A stretch of DNA of 64,000 bases from Candidatus Cryptobacteroides sp. (GTDB taxonomy: Bacteria; Bacteroidota; Bacteroidia; Bacteroidales; UBA932), in NCBI GenBank assembly GCA_045117755.1, contig JBGUOB010000021.1:510-64509 (forward strand), given 5' to 3'. The first letter of the stretch is position 1. Every line of letters starts with the position of its first letter. This document shows, piece after piece, positions 1 to 16,043 of the stretch. The notes below the pieces were generated by a model that was not told the DNA's origin, did not search any database, and was given only the letters and a program-made list of their open reading frames with translations. Both the position numbers and the translations under genes were made by a program.

Positions 1-349
1 CGCCATGGGAACGGTGGCTGCCGAAGATGAAGTCGTCGGTGGTGAGGTTGTAAGCCATACCCACGGCGGCGGCCTCCTGGCCGGCGGACAGGTGGGCGGG
101 ACCCGGGTTGTTGTAGGCGACACCGTTGTAGCCGCCCGTCGTCTTGACGAGGTTCAGCATCGTCTCGAACTCCCGGATGACGGACATGTCACGGTAGATG
201 CGCTTGAGGTCGTCCTTCGTGAAATGCCCCTCGTCCAGCTCGTCCTTCACGGACTTGCTGTACTGCATTACGGGGATTTCCGGGAACTTGATCTCGTGCT
301 CCTTCGGGCGGAGCACTTCATTGGGGTCGATGTATAAGGATTTCGGCAT
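1..349 (-). CDS. 2-oxoacid dehydrogenase E1 component, alpha-type N-terminus (partial, runs off the window start; possibly an alpha/beta fusion)
   Basis: Not in the ORF track. Manual translation from ATG at 349: MPKSLYIDPNEVLRPKEHEIKFPEIP...PGPAHLSAGQEAAAVGMAYNLTTDDFIFGSHRSHG. It carries the E1-alpha HLxxGQEA and SHRxHG motifs and starts 3 nt after the lpdA stop. Confidence 0.85.
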   Translation of the reverse strand, partial: MPKSLYIDPNEVLRPKEHEIKFPEIPVMQYSKSVKDELDEGHFTKDDLKRIYRDMSVIREFETMLNLVKTTGGYNGVAYNNPGPAHLSAGQEAAAVGMAYNLTTDDFIFGSHRSHG

Positions 350-352
350 GGC

Positions 353-1732
353 TTATTTCAGGGTGAAAACGGTTTCTTTCAGGATTTCGGAGACGGTCGG
401 GTGCGGGAAAACGACCTCCTTGAGCTGCTCCACGGTCATTTCCTGTTCGATGGCGATGCAGGCGCTGTGGATCATCTCGGAGCAGGGGTTGCCCAGCATG
501 TGGACACCCAGCACCTCGTGGTATTTCTTTCCCACCAGGACCTTGCACAGGCCTTCGCCGCGTTCGTTCTCGGCGACGAAACGGCCGGAATAGGCCATCG
601 GGAGTTTTACGACAGTACAGTCGATGCCCTTGGCCTGGGCCTCGCTTTCGGTAAGGCCGACGCCGGCCACCTCGGGATTGGTGTAAACCACGCCCGGAAT
701 GGCATTGTAGCGCATGCGGTCTTTCTTGCCCAGGATGTTGTTGATGGCCACTTCACCCTCGCGCGAAGCGGTATGGGCCAGCATGGAGAAGCCGGTCACG
801 TCGCCGGCGGCATAGACATTGGGGATGTTGGTGCGCATCTGCTCGTCCACTTTTACGCCGCAGGGCTTGCCGCCGCGGTTCAGCAGCATCTCCACACCCA
901 GCGTCTCCAGACCGAAGCCGGCAATGTTGGCGCGACGGCCCACGCTCACCAGGATCTTGTCCCCGCTCACGCGGCAGACCTTTCCTTCCGGATCTTCATA
1001 GACCACGGTATTGCCTTCGATGCCCGTTACCTTGCAGCGCAGGCAGAAGGTAACGCCTTTCTTGGCATAGATGCCCTGGAGCATCGTGCTGATCTCGTCA
1101 TCCATCGGACCGAGGATTTTCGGGAGCATCTCCACCACGGTCACCTTGGTGCCGATGGAATTGAAGAAGCTGGCGAACTCCATGCCGATCACGCCGCCGC
1201 CGATGATGACCAGTTCCTTGGGCTGCTCCTGCAGGGAGAGGATCTCGCGGTTGGTTACGATGACATCGCCGGCCTCTTTCAAACCGGGGATGGGCGGAAC
1301 CACCGCCTCGCTGCCCGTGCAGAGCAGCAGGTTGCGGGCCGTATAGTCATTGCCCTCGCAGGTGAGGGTGATGCCGTCGGCTCCGCGGCCCTTGATGCAG
1401 GCTTCGCCTTTGACGGTCTCGACCCTGGCGGCCTTCACGCCGGCTTTGACGCCGCCGACGAGTTTCTTGACCACCTTGTCCTTGCGGGCGATAATCTTGG
1501 AAAAATCGAACGATGCGCCGTCCACGTTTACGCCGTACTGGTCTGCGTGGCGGGCATAGTCAAAGACTTTGGCGCTGTAGAGCAGCGTCTTGGTGGGGAT
1601 GCAGCCCTCGTTCAGGCACACACCGCCCATTTCCCTTTTCTCGAAGAGGACGACCGAAAGGCCCTGCGCACCGGCGCGCTCGGCAGCGACATATCCGCCG
1701 GGACCTCCTCCGATAATGGCTAAATCATACAT
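353..1732 (-). CDS. lpdA: dihydrolipoamide dehydrogenase (E3)
   Basis: GxGxxG FAD motif, redox disulfide GGVCLNEGCIP, NAD site IIGGGVIG, C-terminal HPTVSE. Confidence 0.96.
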   Translation of the reverse strand: MYDLAIIGGGPGGYVAAERAGAQGLSVVLFEKREMGGVCLNEGCIPTKTLLYSAKVFDYARHADQYGVNVDGASFDFSKIIARKDKVVKKLVGGVKAGVKAARVETVKGEACIKGRGADGITLTCEGNDYTARNLLLCTGSEAVVPPIPGLKEAGDVIVTNREILSLQEQPKELVIIGGGVIGMEFASFFNSIGTKVTVVEMLPKILGPMDDEISTMLQGIYAKKGVTFCLRCKVTGIEGNTVVYEDPEGKVCRVSGDKILVSVGRRANIAGFGLETLGVEMLLNRGGKPCGVKVDEQMRTNIPNVYAAGDVTGFSMLAHTASREGEVAINNILGKKDRMRYNAIPGVVYTNPEVAGVGLTESEAQAKGIDCTVVKLPMAYSGRFVAENERGEGLCKVLVGKKYHEVLGVHMLGNPCSEMIHSACIAIEQEMTVEQLKEVVFPHPTVSEILKETVFTLK

Positions 1733-1749
1733 GGTTATCGTGTGGTATT

Positions 1750-3105
1750 TTAAAATTCAACATCCAGGTTTTCGATTTCCGTGGCAACCTGCTTGAGGAA
1801 GCGGGTGGCTTCGCCGCCGTCGATGGCGCGGTGGTCATAGGTGAGGCTCAGGCCCATGTAGGGGACAAAGGCCACCACACCGCCGCCCAGGTCTTTCGGA
1901 CGCGGGACGATGGTGCCCACGCCCAGGATGGCGCTCTGGGGTACATTGATGATGGGGGTGAACCACTCCACGCCGAATCCGCCCAGGTTGGATACCGTGA
2001 AGGAAGCGGCTTCCGGAGAAAGCAGGTCCGGATTGATGCTGCCCTTCTTGCTGTCTTCGGCCACCTTCTTGAGGTTCTTGGCCAGGCCGGTGATGTTCAG
2101 CTCATCTGCGTGCGGGACGGCCGGAACCATGAGGCCGCGTTCTGTATCCACGGCCAGGCCCAGGTTCACGCTCTTGAAGAGGCGCATGGCGTCTCCCAGG
2201 CAGTGGGAATTCAGGTTGGGGAACTTCTGCAGGGCCTTGATGACGGCATAGCAGACAAAGTCGTTGATGGTGATGTTGACATCCACCTTACCCTCTTCGA
2301 AGGCCTTCTTGGCTTTCTTGCGGAGCGCCTGGACCTTGCGGGCGTCGGCACCCAGCATATGGGTGAGCTGGGCGGAGTTCTGGAGGGAGTTGTACATGCT
2401 CTTCGCAATGAGTTTGCGCATGTTGGACATCTTCACCACTTCGAACTCGGCGCCTTCTCCGGCAATGTCGGTGTGGTTGGCTTTCCAGACCTTCAGGTCG
2501 GCGCCCTTCACGGCACCGTTCAGGCCGCTTCCCGTTCCGGGCGATGCAAGTCCGCCGTCGGCCATCCTGGCCTTGGCCAGTCCCGTCAGGGTACCCTGGG
2601 CGGCGGCGGCGGCTTCCACGTCGCGGGCGATGATGCGTCCGTGAGGGCCTGTTCCGGCAACGCGGCTGGTATCCACACCCTTTTCAGCGGCTATCTTGCG
2701 TGCGCGGGGCGATGCGGGTGCGCCGGAGGGTACTCCCTCAGCAACCTGTGCCACCCTCGGCATCATAAGAGGGAGGGATCCAGCCTCCTGGCTGGGAGGG
2801 GTCGAGCTTTGCGAGACGGTGGTCGAGGGAGTACCTGCATTGGGGGCGAATTCGGCAAAGGACTCGCCGGGTTCGCCGATGACCATTACATTCGTCAAAA
2901 CGGGAATCTCGTCCCCGTCCTTGAAAAAGACGGCAAGGACGGTTCCCGCCACTTTTGCTTCTTCCTCGAAGGTCGCCTTGTCGGTTTCATAACCGAACAG
3001 GATGTCCCCTACAGCGACCTGGTCACCCGGTTTTTTTTTGAATTCGGAGACGATGCAGCTCTCCACGGACTGGCCCTGTTTGGGCATAATGACGACATGT
3101 GCCAT
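1750..3105 (-). CDS. dihydrolipoamide acyltransferase (E2) of a 2-oxoacid dehydrogenase complex
   Basis: Single lipoyl domain (ETDKAT), E3-binding domain (ASPRARKIA...GTGPHGRI), catalytic DHRAIDG. Confidence 0.94.
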   Translation of the reverse strand: MAHVVIMPKQGQSVESCIVSEFKKKPGDQVAVGDILFGYETDKATFEEEAKVAGTVLAVFFKDGDEIPVLTNVMVIGEPGESFAEFAPNAGTPSTTVSQSSTPPSQEAGSLPLMMPRVAQVAEGVPSGAPASPRARKIAAEKGVDTSRVAGTGPHGRIIARDVEAAAAAQGTLTGLAKARMADGGLASPGTGSGLNGAVKGADLKVWKANHTDIAGEGAEFEVVKMSNMRKLIAKSMYNSLQNSAQLTHMLGADARKVQALRKKAKKAFEEGKVDVNITINDFVCYAVIKALQKFPNLNSHCLGDAMRLFKSVNLGLAVDTERGLMVPAVPHADELNITGLAKNLKKVAEDSKKGSINPDLLSPEAASFTVSNLGGFGVEWFTPIINVPQSAILGVGTIVPRPKDLGGGVVAFVPYMGLSLTYDHRAIDGGEATRFLKQVATEIENLDVEF

Positions 3106-3121
3106 ATATTATGTGAATGTT

Positions 3122-3160
3122 AAAAAACAACGTAGTCCCGACCTGCTGGACGGGACTACG
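3122..3160 (-). terminator. probable intrinsic terminator after rpoC
   Basis: 10-bp stem CGTAGTCCCG/CGGGACTACG followed on the minus strand by TTGTTTTTT. Confidence 0.65.
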
Positions 3161-3189
3161 AATATAGCAAAAAATCAGGGAAAAACCTA

Positions 3190-7440
<4,251 letters not shown>

Positions 7441-7461
7441 ATTACGTTTCGTTCAAACCAA

Positions 7462-10400
7462 TTAATCCAAAGTAACCTTGAGACCAAGACCACGGAGTTC
7501 GTGGAGGAGTACGTTGAGGGACTCCGGGATGCCTGCGGGCGGCATGGGGTCGCCCTTGACAATCGCCTCGTAAGTCTTGGACCGTCCGACGACGTCGTCG
7601 GACTTGACGGTCAGGATCTCCTGCAGGGCGTTGGCTGCGCCGAATGCCTCGAGCGCCCAGACTTCCATTTCACCGAAGCGCTGGCCACCGAACTGGGCCT
7701 TACCGCCGAGCGGCTGCTGGGTGATGAGGGAGTAAGGACCGATGGAACGGGCGTGCATCTTGTCGTCGACCATGTGGCCGAGCTTGATCATATAGATGAC
7801 ACCCACGGTCGCAGGCTGGTCGAAGTAGTCGCCGGTGCCGCCGTCGCGAAGCTGGGTCTTACCGAAACGGGGAACGCCAGCCTTGTCGGTGTAGGCGCAG
7901 ATCTCGTCGATGCTCGCACCGTCGAAGATCGGGGTGCTGAACTTCAGGCCCAGGCGGGCGCCAGCCCAGCCGAGGACCGTCTCGTAGATCTGTCCGAGGT
8001 TCATTCGGGAAGGCACGCCGAGCGGGTTCAGCACGATATCCACGGGAGTACCGTCCTCGAGGAACGGCATATCCTCCTGGCGGACGATCTTCGCGACGAT
8101 ACCCTTGTTACCGTGGCGGCCGGCCATCTTGTCACCCACCGTGATCTTGCGCTTCTTGGCGATGTACACCTTGGCAAGCTGCATCACGCCGTTCGGGAGT
8201 TCGTCACCCACCTTGATCTTGTCCATCTCACGCTTGCAGATCGCCTGCTCGGTCTTGAGGGCGATGCAGTAGTTGTTGATGAGGTCGCGGATCAGGAGGT
8301 TGGCGTCCTTGTCGGTCGTCCACTTGGCGGACGTGATGTTGGTATAGTCGATGCTCTTGAGCATCTCGGTGGTGATCTTCTTGTCCTTCGGGATGATCTC
8401 CACGCCGTAGAGGTCGGAGATACCGGCGCTCTTGCGGTTCTTCGTGAGGATCACGAGCTTCTGGATGAAGTCGGCGTACAGCTTCTCGGCCTTGCGGTCG
8501 AACTCGGCCTGACGCATCTCCAGACGGGTCTTCTGGTCGTTCTTGGCCTGGCTCTTCTTGCCGGTCTCCTTGGAGAGCTTGGCATAGAGGGCCGTACCGA
8601 CGACCGTACCGCTCAGGGACGGGTTGGCCTTGAGGGAAGCGTCCTTGACGTCGCCGGCCTTGTCGCCGAAGATCGCCTTGAGGAGCTTCTCCTCCGGGGA
8701 CGGATCGCTCTCACCCTTCGGGGTGATCTTACCGATCATGATGTCGCCCGGCTCGATGTGGGCGCCGATACGCACGATACCGTCCTCGCCGAGGTTCTTG
8801 GTGGCGTCCTCGCTGACATTCGGAATGTCGGAGGTGAGCTCTTCCATGCCGCGCTTGGTGTCGCGGACCTCGGTGAGATACTCGTCCACGTGGATGGAAG
8901 TGAGGACATCCCACTTCACCATCTCCTCGGAGAGCACGATGGCATCCTCGTAGTTGTAACCCTTCCAAGGCATGAAGGCCACCATCAGGTTGCGGCCGAG
9001 GGCGAGCTCGCCGTTCTGCGTGGCGTAGCCCTGGGTCAGCACCTGGCCCTTCTCCACCTTGTCGCCCTTGGATACGAGCGGCGAGAGGCAGATCGTGGTG
9101 CTCTGGTTGGTGCGACGGTAGATCGGCAGCTTGTAGACCGTCTCCTCCGGGGAGAAGCTGACGAATTTCTCGTCCTCGGTCTGCTCGTAGCGGATGCGGA
9201 TCTCGTTGGCGTCCACGTAGGTGACTTCACCCTTGCGCTCGGCGATGAACTGGGTGCGGGAATCCAGGCAGACGCGCTCCTCCAGGCCGGTACCCACGAT
9301 CGGGGACTCCGGCTTGAGAAGGGGAACGGCCTGGCGCATCATGTTCGCACCCATGAGGGCGCGGTGCGCATCGTCGTGCTCCAGGAACGGAATGAGGGAG
9401 GCCGCGACCGAAGCCATCTGGTTCGGAGCGACATCCATATAGTTGACTTCTTCCTTCGTGACGACCGGGAAGTCAGCCTCGAGGCGGCACTGGATGCGGT
9501 CTTCGAGGATGTTGCCGTCGTTGTCCATGCGGACGTTGGCCAGGGAGACGAGCTTGTTCTCTTCCTCCTCGGCGCTCATGTAGTGGCAGCCGGCGGCCGT
9601 CAGGTCCACCTTGCCGTCCTTGACGTCACGGTACGGAGTCTCGATGAATCCGAGCGCGTCGATGCGGGCATAGACGCACAGGGAGGAGATCAGACCGATG
9701 TTCGGACCTTCCGGGGACTCGATCGGGCAGAGGCGGCCGTAGTGCGTGTAGTGCACGTCACGGACTTCGAAGCCCGCGCGGTCGCGGCTCAGACCGCCGG
9801 GACCGAGGGCGGAAAGACGACGCTTGTGGGTGATCTCGGCCAGCGGGTTGGTCTGGTCCATGAACTGGGACAGCTGGCTCGTGCCGAAGAACGAATTGAT
9901 CACGGAAGAGAGCGTCTTCGCGTTGATCAGGTCGATCGGGTTGAACTGCTCGCTGTCGCGCACGTTCATGCGCTCGCGGATGGTGCGGGCCATACGGCTC
10001 AGACCCACGCTGAACTGGTTGGCCAGCTGCTCGCCGACCGTGCGGACACGGCGGTTGGACAGGTGGTCGATATCGTCGACCGCAGCCTTGGAATTGATCA
10101 GCTGGATGAGATACTTGATGATCTCGATGATGTCGGTGTTTGTCAGGACGCGCACGTCCGGAGCGATGGTCAGGCCGAGCTTCTTGTTGAGGCGGAAGCG
10201 GCCGACATTGCCCAGGTCGTATCTCTTCTCGGAGAAGAAGAGCTTGTCGATGACGTCGCGGGCCGTGCTTTCATCCGGCGGTTCCGAATTGCGGAGCTGT
10301 TTGTAGATGTAGTTGACAGCGCCGAGTTCGGTATTGGTAGGATCCTTCTGCAGGGTGTTGAAGATGATGGCGTACTCGTTGGAGCCCACCTCATCCTTCT

Positions 10401-11283
10401 GCAGGAGAATGCTCTTCTCATCGGCTTCGAGGATGGCCTCGATGGTGTTGTCGTCGAGGATCTCGCCACGGTTGACGATGATCTCGATACGCTCAACGGG
10501 GGTCACCTCGCCGGTGTCCTCGTCGATGAAGTCCTCGAACTTGGTCTTCAGCACGTTGTTGGCGAGCTTGCGGCCCTTGCCGGCCTCCAGGTTCTCGGGC
10601 GTCACCTCGATCTCGTCGGCCAGGTCGAAGATATCGATGATGTCTTTGTCCGCGTTGTAACCGATCGCACGCAGAAGCGTGGTCACGGGCAGTTTCTTCT
10701 TGCGGTCGATGTACGCGTACATCACATTGTTGATGTCCGTAGCGAACTCGATCCAGGATCCCTTGAAGGGGATGATGCGGGCGGAATAGAGCTTCGTGCC
10801 GTTGGCGTGCATGCTCTGGTCGAAGAACACGCCGGGGGAGCGGTGGAGCTGGGACACGATGATACGCTCGGATCCGTTGATCACGAACGTACCGGCGGGC
10901 GTCATGTAGGGGATGTCCCCGAGATAGACGTCCTGCACGCGGGTGTCGAAGTCTTCATGCTCCGGATCCGTGCACGAAAGGCGGAGTTTTGCCTTGAGCG
11001 GAACGTTGTAGGTCAGTCCGCGCTGCAGGCACTCCTCGATGGAATACTTCGGAGGATCGATAAAGTAATCGATGAACTCAAGCTTGTAGTTGTTCCTCGT
11101 ATCCTCAATCGGGAAGATTTCCTGGAATACCTGATAAAGGCCTTCGTTCTTGCGGTTCTCCGGCGTAGTCTCCAGCTGGAAGAAGTCCTTGAAGGACTTG
11201 AGTTGCACCTCCAGCAGGTCCGGATACTCCAGGATCTTGGATGTTGCGAAGTTAATACGCTTATTTGTTGCCTTTTTTGACAT
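7462..11283 (-). CDS. rpoB: RNA polymerase beta subunit
   Basis: [53 protein letters not shown]. Confidence 0.99.
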   Translation of the reverse strand: MSKKATNKRINFATSKILEYPDLLEVQLKSFKDFFQLETTPENRKNEGLYQVFQEIFPIEDTRNNYKLEFIDYFIDPPKYSIEECLQRGLTYNVPLKAKLRLSCTDPEHEDFDTRVQDVYLGDIPYMTPAGTFVINGSERIIVSQLHRSPGVFFDQSMHANGTKLYSARIIPFKGSWIEFATDINNVMYAYIDRKKKLPVTTLLRAIGYNADKDIIDIFDLADEIEVTPENLEAGKGRKLANNVLKTKFEDFIDEDTGEVTPVERIEIIVNRGEILDDNTIEAILEADEKSILLQKDEVGSNEYAIIFNTLQKDPTNTELGAVNYIYKQLRNSEPPDESTARDVIDKLFFSEKRYDLGNVGRFRLNKKLGLTIAPDVRVLTNTDIIEIIKYLIQLINSKAAVDDIDHLSNRRVRTVGEQLANQFSVGLSRMARTIRERMNVRDSEQFNPIDLINAKTLSSVINSFFGTSQLSQFMDQTNPLAEITHKRRLSALGPGGLSRDRAGFEVRDVHYTHYGRLCPIESPEGPNIGLISSLCVYARIDALGFIETPYRDVKDGKVDLTAAGCHYMSAEEEENKLVSLANVRMDNDGNILEDRIQCRLEADFPVVTKEEVNYMDVAPNQMASVAASLIPFLEHDDAHRALMGANMMRQAVPLLKPESPIVGTGLEERVCLDSRTQFIAERKGEVTYVDANEIRIRYEQTEDEKFVSFSPEETVYKLPIYRRTNQSTTICLSPLVSKGDKVEKGQVLTQGYATQNGELALGRNLMVAFMPWKGYNYEDAIVLSEEMVKWDVLTSIHVDEYLTEVRDTKRGMEELTSDIPNVSEDATKNLGEDGIVRIGAHIEPGDIMIGKITPKGESDPSPEEKLLKAIFGDKAGDVKDASLKANPSLSGTVVGTALYAKLSKETGKKSQAKNDQKTRLEMRQAEFDRKAEKLYADFIQKLVILTKNRKSAGISDLYGVEIIPKDKKITTEMLKSIDYTNITSAKWTTDKDANLLIRDLINNYCIALKTEQAICKREMDKIKVGDELPNGVMQLAKVYIAKKRKITVGDKMAGRHGNKGIVAKIVRQEDMPFLEDGTPVDIVLNPLGVPSRMNLGQIYETVLGWAGARLGLKFSTPIFDGASIDEICAYTDKAGVPRFGKTQLRDGGTGDYFDQPATVGVIYMIKLGHMVDDKMHARSIGPYSLITQQPLGGKAQFGGQRFGEMEVWALEAFGAANALQEILTVKSDDVVGRSKTYEAIVKGDPMPPAGIPESLNVLLHELRGLGLKVTLD

Positions 11284-11332
11284 ATTCTGCCGATGGAAAC
11301 GGTTGGAAATGAAAGAAAAACTTAAATACGGA

Positions 11333-11373
11333 AAAAAGGTTTAGAGCCTGTTAACCCGGCTCTAAACCTGTTT
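11333..11373 (-). terminator. terminator/attenuator between rplL and rpoB
   Basis: Stem AGGTTTAGAGCC/GGCTCTAAACCT followed by a T-run on the minus strand; same position as the known rplL-rpoB attenuator in other bacteria. Confidence 0.65.
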
Positions 11374-11400
11374 GTCCCCGAAAGCAGGGAGAGGTTGGAG

Positions 11401-11775
11401 TTATTTAATCTCAACCTCAGCGCCGGCTTCCTCAAGAGCAGCCTTGAGGGCCTCGGCCTCTGCCTTGGAAATCTTCTCTTTCACCGTGGACGGGGCACCG
11501 TCAACGAGATCCTTCGCTTCCTTCAGACCGAGACCGAGCTCAGTCTTCACGACCTTGATCACGTTAAGCTTGGCCTGACCGGCATTCTTGAGGATGACGT
11601 CGAACTCAGTCTGCTCAGCCTCAGCGGCGCCAGCGGCACCACCCTCAGCGGAGACGACCACAGCGGCGGCTGCAGGCTCGATACCATACTCTTCCTTGAG
11701 GATCTTTGCAAGTTCCTGAACGTCTTTTACAGAAAGGTTAACCAACTCTTCTGCAAGGGCTTTAACATCTGCCAT
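11401..11775 (-). CDS. rplL: 50S ribosomal protein L7/L12
   Basis: EQTEFDVIL...[24 protein letters not shown]; operon position. Confidence 0.98.
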   Translation of the reverse strand: MADVKALAEELVNLSVKDVQELAKILKEEYGIEPAAAAVVVSAEGGAAGAAEAEQTEFDVILKNAGQAKLNVIKVVKTELGLGLKEAKDLVDGAPSTVKEKISKAEAEALKAALEEAGAEVEIK

Positions 11776-11807
11776 AATTTTATACTTTTTAATTGTTAAT
11801 ATTTTGC

Positions 11808-12446
11808 TTATTCTGCTGCAGGAGCCTCAGCTGCCGGGGCCTCTTCGGCGGCCGGTGCAGCCTCTTCTGCGGGAGCGGGTGCAGCTTCTGCTGCAGGAGC
11901 CTCAGCGGCCGGAGCCGCGGCGGCGGGCTTTGCAGACGCGATCTTCTCGTCGTCTGCCTTGCCCTCGGATGCGTTCTCGAGACCGCCGATGACGCGCTGG
12001 ATCGGGCTCTGGAGGAGGGCGATGATATCGCCGATGAGCTCTTCCTTCGTCTTGATGGCAGCGAGCTGGTCGAGTTTGTCTGCGCCGATGAAGACGCAAT
12101 CCTGCACATAAGCGCCCTTGACGATCGGCTTCGCGAAGCCTTCACGCTGGAGCTTCTTGATGAGCTTACCAGGTGCGGAAGGGACGTTGGTGTACATGAT
12201 GGCGGTGTTGCCGACCAGGGTCTCGGACAGAGACTTCACTTCTTCGTTCTCCAGGCCCTTGAGGACGTGGGCGAAGAGGGTGTTCTTGACAACGCTCAGG
12301 ACAATGCCTTCGTTGAAGCACTCACGACGGAGCTTGCTCGTCTGTCCAGCATTCAGCCCGGCAATATCGGTAATGTAGAAATTAGGATACTGCTGAAGCT
12401 GCGCTGAGATGCTTTCAATAATTTGACCTTTTGCTTCTTTTTTCAT
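11808..12446 (-). CDS. rplJ: 50S ribosomal protein L10 with Ala/Glu/Pro-rich C-terminal extension
   Basis: L10 core ([28 protein letters not shown]); lies between rplA and rplL. Confidence 0.96.
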   Translation of the reverse strand: MKKEAKGQIIESISAQLQQYPNFYITDIAGLNAGQTSKLRRECFNEGIVLSVVKNTLFAHVLKGLENEEVKSLSETLVGNTAIMYTNVPSAPGKLIKKLQREGFAKPIVKGAYVQDCVFIGADKLDQLAAIKTKEELIGDIIALLQSPIQRVIGGLENASEGKADDEKIASAKPAAAAPAAEAPAAEAAPAPAEEAAPAAEEAPAAEAPAAE

Positions 12447-12458
12447 AATATTGAATTT

Positions 12459-13166
12459 TTACTCAGCACCTTTGGAGAGGAATGCCTTGAGATCGATTTT
12501 AACACCGGGGCTCATCGTGGAGCACAGGGCTGCGCTCTTCATATAGGTACCCTTGAGGGCCTGCGGCTTGAGCTTCGCGATGGCGTTGAGCACCTCCGCG
12601 GCGTTCTCATAAAGCTGCTCGGCGGTGAAGGATGCCTTACCGATGCCCGTATGAACAATACCGGTCTTGTCGACCTTGAAGTCGATCTTACCGGCCTTGG
12701 AAGCCTTGACGGCAGCGCCGATCTCCATGGTGACCGTACCGGTCTTGGGGTTCGGCATGAGGCCGCGGGGACCGAGGACTTTACCCAGGGCACCCACCTT
12801 GGCCATCACGGAAGGCGTACAGACGATGACGTCAACGTCCGTCCAGCCACCCTTGATCTTCTCGATGTACTCGTCCAGGCCCACGTAGTCGGCGCCGGCT
12901 TCCTTGGCCTCGTTCTCCTTGTCGGGAGTACAGAGGGCGAGGACGCGCACCACCTTACCCGTTCCGTTCGGAAGGGTGACCACGCCACGAATCATCTGGT
13001 TGGCCTTACGCGGGTCAACACCGAGGTTCGCGGAGAGCTCGACGGTTGCATCGAATTTCGTAAACGTGATATCCTTTACCACCTGGCACGCCTCAGCGAG
13101 CGTATACAGCTTGTGAGAATCAAACTTCTCAGCGACTGCTTTCTGATTCTTAGTCAAAGTTGCCAT
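12459..13166 (-). CDS. rplA: 50S ribosomal protein L1
   Basis: [36 protein letters not shown]. Confidence 0.98.
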   Translation of the reverse strand: MATLTKNQKAVAEKFDSHKLYTLAEACQVVKDITFTKFDATVELSANLGVDPRKANQMIRGVVTLPNGTGKVVRVLALCTPDKENEAKEAGADYVGLDEYIEKIKGGWTDVDVIVCTPSVMAKVGALGKVLGPRGLMPNPKTGTVTMEIGAAVKASKAGKIDFKVDKTGIVHTGIGKASFTAEQLYENAAEVLNAIAKLKPQALKGTYMKSAALCSTMSPGVKIDLKAFLSKGAE

Positions 13167-13180
13167 AACGCGTGTCGATT

Positions 13181-13624
13181 TTAAAGGTTCTCGGGGAATT
13201 CACCGGTGACGGTGATACCCATGCTTCTAGCGGTACCTGCCACCATGCGCATCGCGGATGCGAGGGTGAAGCAGTTGAGGTCCGGCATCTTGCCTTCGGC
13301 AATCGCTTTGACCTGGTCCCAGGTGACGGAGGCGACCTTCTTACGGTTCGGCTCGCCGGAAGCCTTGTCGATCTTGGCGGCTTCTTTCAGGGACACAGCC
13401 ACAGGCGGCTGCTTGACTTCGAAGGTGAAGGACTTATCGGAGTAGACCGTAATGACAACGGGAAGGGTCTTGCCAGCCTGGGCCTGCGTGGCTGCATTGA
13501 AAGCCTTGCAGAAATCCATGATGTTCAAGCCTTTGGAACCGAGTGCAGGTCCTACCGGAGGTGCAGGATTGGCAGCTCCGCCTTTGATTTGGAGCTTAAT
13601 GAATCCGGTAACTTCTTTTGCCAT
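13181..13624 (-). CDS. rplK: 50S ribosomal protein L11
   Basis: [23 protein letters not shown]. Confidence 0.98.
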   Translation of the reverse strand: MAKEVTGFIKLQIKGGAANPAPPVGPALGSKGLNIMDFCKAFNAATQAQAGKTLPVVITVYSDKSFTFEVKQPPVAVSLKEAAKIDKASGEPNRKKVASVTWDQVKAIAEGKMPDLNCFTLASAMRMVAGTARSMGITVTGEFPENL

Positions 13625-13632
13625 GATAAATG

Positions 13633-14199
13633 TTATTCTTTAGTTACTTGCGTAAAGCTGAGTTCGAGTTGGGTCTTTCTTCCAAAGATCACCACAATTA
13701 CTTTGACCTTGCTCCGGTCTTCCAGAATCTCGTCGACGACGCCGCTGAAGCCACTGAACGGACCGTCCGTGATGCGCACGGACTCGCCGATCTCGTAGTT
13801 GACGAGGGTCTCGGCCGCGCTGTCAGCATTCTCGTCCTGAACGCCGAGGATCCGCTGGGCCTCTTCATCACGAATAGGCACCGGGATGCGCTCGAACTGG
13901 GCACCGGTGGTCGTTTTCTTTTCGGTCAGGAAACCGGACATGCCGGGGACAAGGTTGCGGATGATGTTCTCAAGCTTGGCACTGAGCTCGGCATGGATCA
14001 ATACATAACCAGGGAAAAGCAGCTTGTCGACTGCCTTTCTTTTGCCGTTTTTCGTGACAATTTCCTTTTTTACGGGAACCAGTACCTGAGCAACTGAATC
14101 CTGAAGTCCGCTTCTTTCGATCTCTTTCTCGAGATACTCTTTAGCCTTCTTCTCCTTCCCTCCTGCTGCCCGCAGAACGTACCATTTCATTTCGCCCAT
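13633..14199 (-). CDS. nusG: transcription termination/antitermination factor NusG
   Basis: NGN domain (WYVL...FPGYVLI) and KOW motif ([16 protein letters not shown]); follows secE. Confidence 0.97.
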   Translation of the reverse strand: MGEMKWYVLRAAGGKEKKAKEYLEKEIERSGLQDSVAQVLVPVKKEIVTKNGKRKAVDKLLFPGYVLIHAELSAKLENIIRNLVPGMSGFLTEKKTTTGAQFERIPVPIRDEEAQRILGVQDENADSAAETLVNYEIGESVRITDGPFSGFSGVVDEILEDRSKVKVIVVIFGRKTQLELSFTQVTKE

Positions 14200-14211
14200 A
14201 ACGAGTCAAGA

Positions 14212-14400
14212 TTACAATGTGTAGATTCCGGTCATCAGAGATTGGAAAGCGAAATCGATCACCCAGAGCACAAGGGCGAGGACGATGGTCGTGACAATGA
14301 CGAGCAGAGCGGAGCTCTGAAGCTTCGTCCACGTCGGCCAAGTCGTCTTCTTGGTGAGCTCGGTGAAAGACTCTTTGCAGTAATTGATAAACTTTCTCAT
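14212..14400 (-). CDS. secE: preprotein translocase SecE
   Basis: Start at ATG 14400 (MRKFINYCKESFTELTKKTTWPTW) plus one TM helix; lies between tRNA-Trp and nusG. Confidence 0.93.
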   Translation of the reverse strand: MRKFINYCKESFTELTKKTTWPTWTKLQSSALLVIVTTIVLALVLWVIDFAFQSLMTGIYTL

Positions 14401-14481
14401 CTTTACATTTAATGGACGCCGCGAAATGGAAGCGGGAGGGCGGCGTCTGTTAAACAATTACCAAATCGTAACCTTTGATAT

Positions 14482-14555
14482 TGGCAGGGGAAGCAGGAAT
14501 CGAACCCACATTGACGGTTTTGGAGACCGCTGAATTACCATTATTCTATTCCCCT
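14482..14555 (-). tRNA. tRNA-Trp(CCA)
   Basis: AGGGGAA acceptor stem, anticodon loop CTCCAAA, T-loop GTTCGATTC, encoded 3' CCA. Confidence 0.96.
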
Positions 14556-14607
14556 GTATAAGGCGGAGCGGGTCGCGAAACCCCCTCCGCCTCTGTGCTA
14601 ATCGAAA

Positions 14608-15795
14608 TTAGTCAAGGATCTTGATCACCTGACCGGCACCGACCGTACGGCCACCCTCACGGATAGCGAAACGGAGGTTCTCGTTCAGAGCAACCGGAGT
14701 GATGAGCTGGACGTCGATCTCCACGTTGTCACCAGGCATAACCATCTCGACACCGGCCGGGAGAGTGATCTCACCGGTAACATCCAGGGTGCGGATGAAG
14801 AACTGAGGACGATACTTGTTGTGGAACGGCGTGTGACGGCCACCCTCTTCCTTCTTCAGAACGTAGATCTGACCGAGGAAGTGCTTGTGCGGGGTGATGG
14901 AACCCGGCTTGGCGATAACCTCACCACGCTTGACTTCCTTCTTGTCGATACCACGGAGGAGGAGACCCACGTTGTCACCAGCCTCACCCTGATCGAGGAG
15001 CTTGCGGAACATCTCGACGCCAGTGACGACGGTGCTCTTCGGCTTGTCGTTGAAACCGACGATCTCAGCGGCGTCGTTCACGTGAACGGTACCCGTCTCG
15101 ATACGGCCGGTAACCACGGTACCACGACCGGTGATGGAGAAGATGTCCTCGATAGGCATCAGGAACGGCTTCTCGTTCTCACGGACCGGAAGGGGAATGT
15201 ACTCATCGACAGCGTCCATGAGCTCCATGACCTTGGCCTCCCACTCAGGCTCGCCGTTGAGGGCGCCGAGGGCGGAACCACGGATGACGGGAGCGTTGTC
15301 ACCGTCGAAGTCATACTTGCTGAGGAGGTCGCGGACCTCCATCTCGACGAGGTCAAGCATCTCAGCGTCGTCCACGAGGTCGACCTTGTTCAGGAAGACG
15401 ACCATCTTCGGAACGTTCACCTGCTTGGCGAGGAGGACGTGCTCGTTGGTCTGAGGCATCGGACCGTCGGTAGCAGCAACCACCAGGATAGCGCCGTCCA
15501 TCTGGGCAGCACCGGTAACCATGTTCTTCACGTAGTCGGCGTGGCCCGGGCAATCGACATGCGCATAGTGACGATTGGCGGTCTGGTACTCGACGTGAGC
15601 GGTGTTGATGGTGATACCACGCTCCTTCTCTTCAGGGGCGTTATCAATCTGATCGAAAGACTTGACTTCGCTCAGACCCTTGGAAGCCAGCACCTTGGTG
15701 ATAGCTGCGGTCAGAGTGGTCTTGCCATGGTCAACGTGGCCGATCGTGCCAATGTTGACATGCGGTTTATCCCGCTTGAAAACTTCTTTTGCCAT
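14608..15795 (-). CDS. tuf: elongation factor Tu
   Basis: [21 protein letters not shown]; 395 aa. Confidence 0.99.
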   Translation of the reverse strand: MAKEVFKRDKPHVNIGTIGHVDHGKTTLTAAITKVLASKGLSEVKSFDQIDNAPEEKERGITINTAHVEYQTANRHYAHVDCPGHADYVKNMVTGAAQMDGAILVVAATDGPMPQTNEHVLLAKQVNVPKMVVFLNKVDLVDDAEMLDLVEMEVRDLLSKYDFDGDNAPVIRGSALGALNGEPEWEAKVMELMDAVDEYIPLPVRENEKPFLMPIEDIFSITGRGTVVTGRIETGTVHVNDAAEIVGFNDKPKSTVVTGVEMFRKLLDQGEAGDNVGLLLRGIDKKEVKRGEVIAKPGSITPHKHFLGQIYVLKKEEGGRHTPFHNKYRPQFFIRTLDVTGEITLPAGVEMVMPGDNVEIDVQLITPVALNENLRFAIREGGRTVGAGQVIKILD

Positions 15796-15852
15796 AATAT
15801 TACGTTTAAAAGTTTGTTTACAAATTAAAACCGGCTTTTCAACCGGCTTTTG

Positions 15853-15924
<72 letters not shown>

Positions 15925-15931
15925 AATATTT

Positions 15932-16006
15932 TGGAGCGGGGTAGGAGAATCGAACTCCCATTTCCAGCTTGGAAGGCTGGCATAATAGCCATTATACGAA
16001 CCCCGC
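15932..16006 (-). tRNA. tRNA-Gly(TCC)
   Basis: GCGGGGT acceptor, anticodon arm CCAGC-CTTCCAA-GCTGG, encoded CCA. Confidence 0.95.
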
Positions 16007-16043
16007 TTGTTGGAGTAGTCGTTCCGTTCTACTTCCGCTTCAG

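Noticed and set aside
7441-7464. rpoB and rpoC lie in the same frame (21-nt gap), suggesting a read-through RpoBC fusion
   Set aside because: There are two in-frame stops (TAA at 7462-7464 and TGA at 7453-7455), so read-through is implausible.
9740-9900. Rifampicin-resistance substitutions in rpoB cluster I
   Set aside because: The region reads [26 protein letters not shown], with wild-type D516/H526/S531 equivalents.
12447-12458. L10 leader (rplJ autoregulatory RNA)
   Set aside because: Only 12 nt separate rplA and rplJ, so there is no room for the structure.
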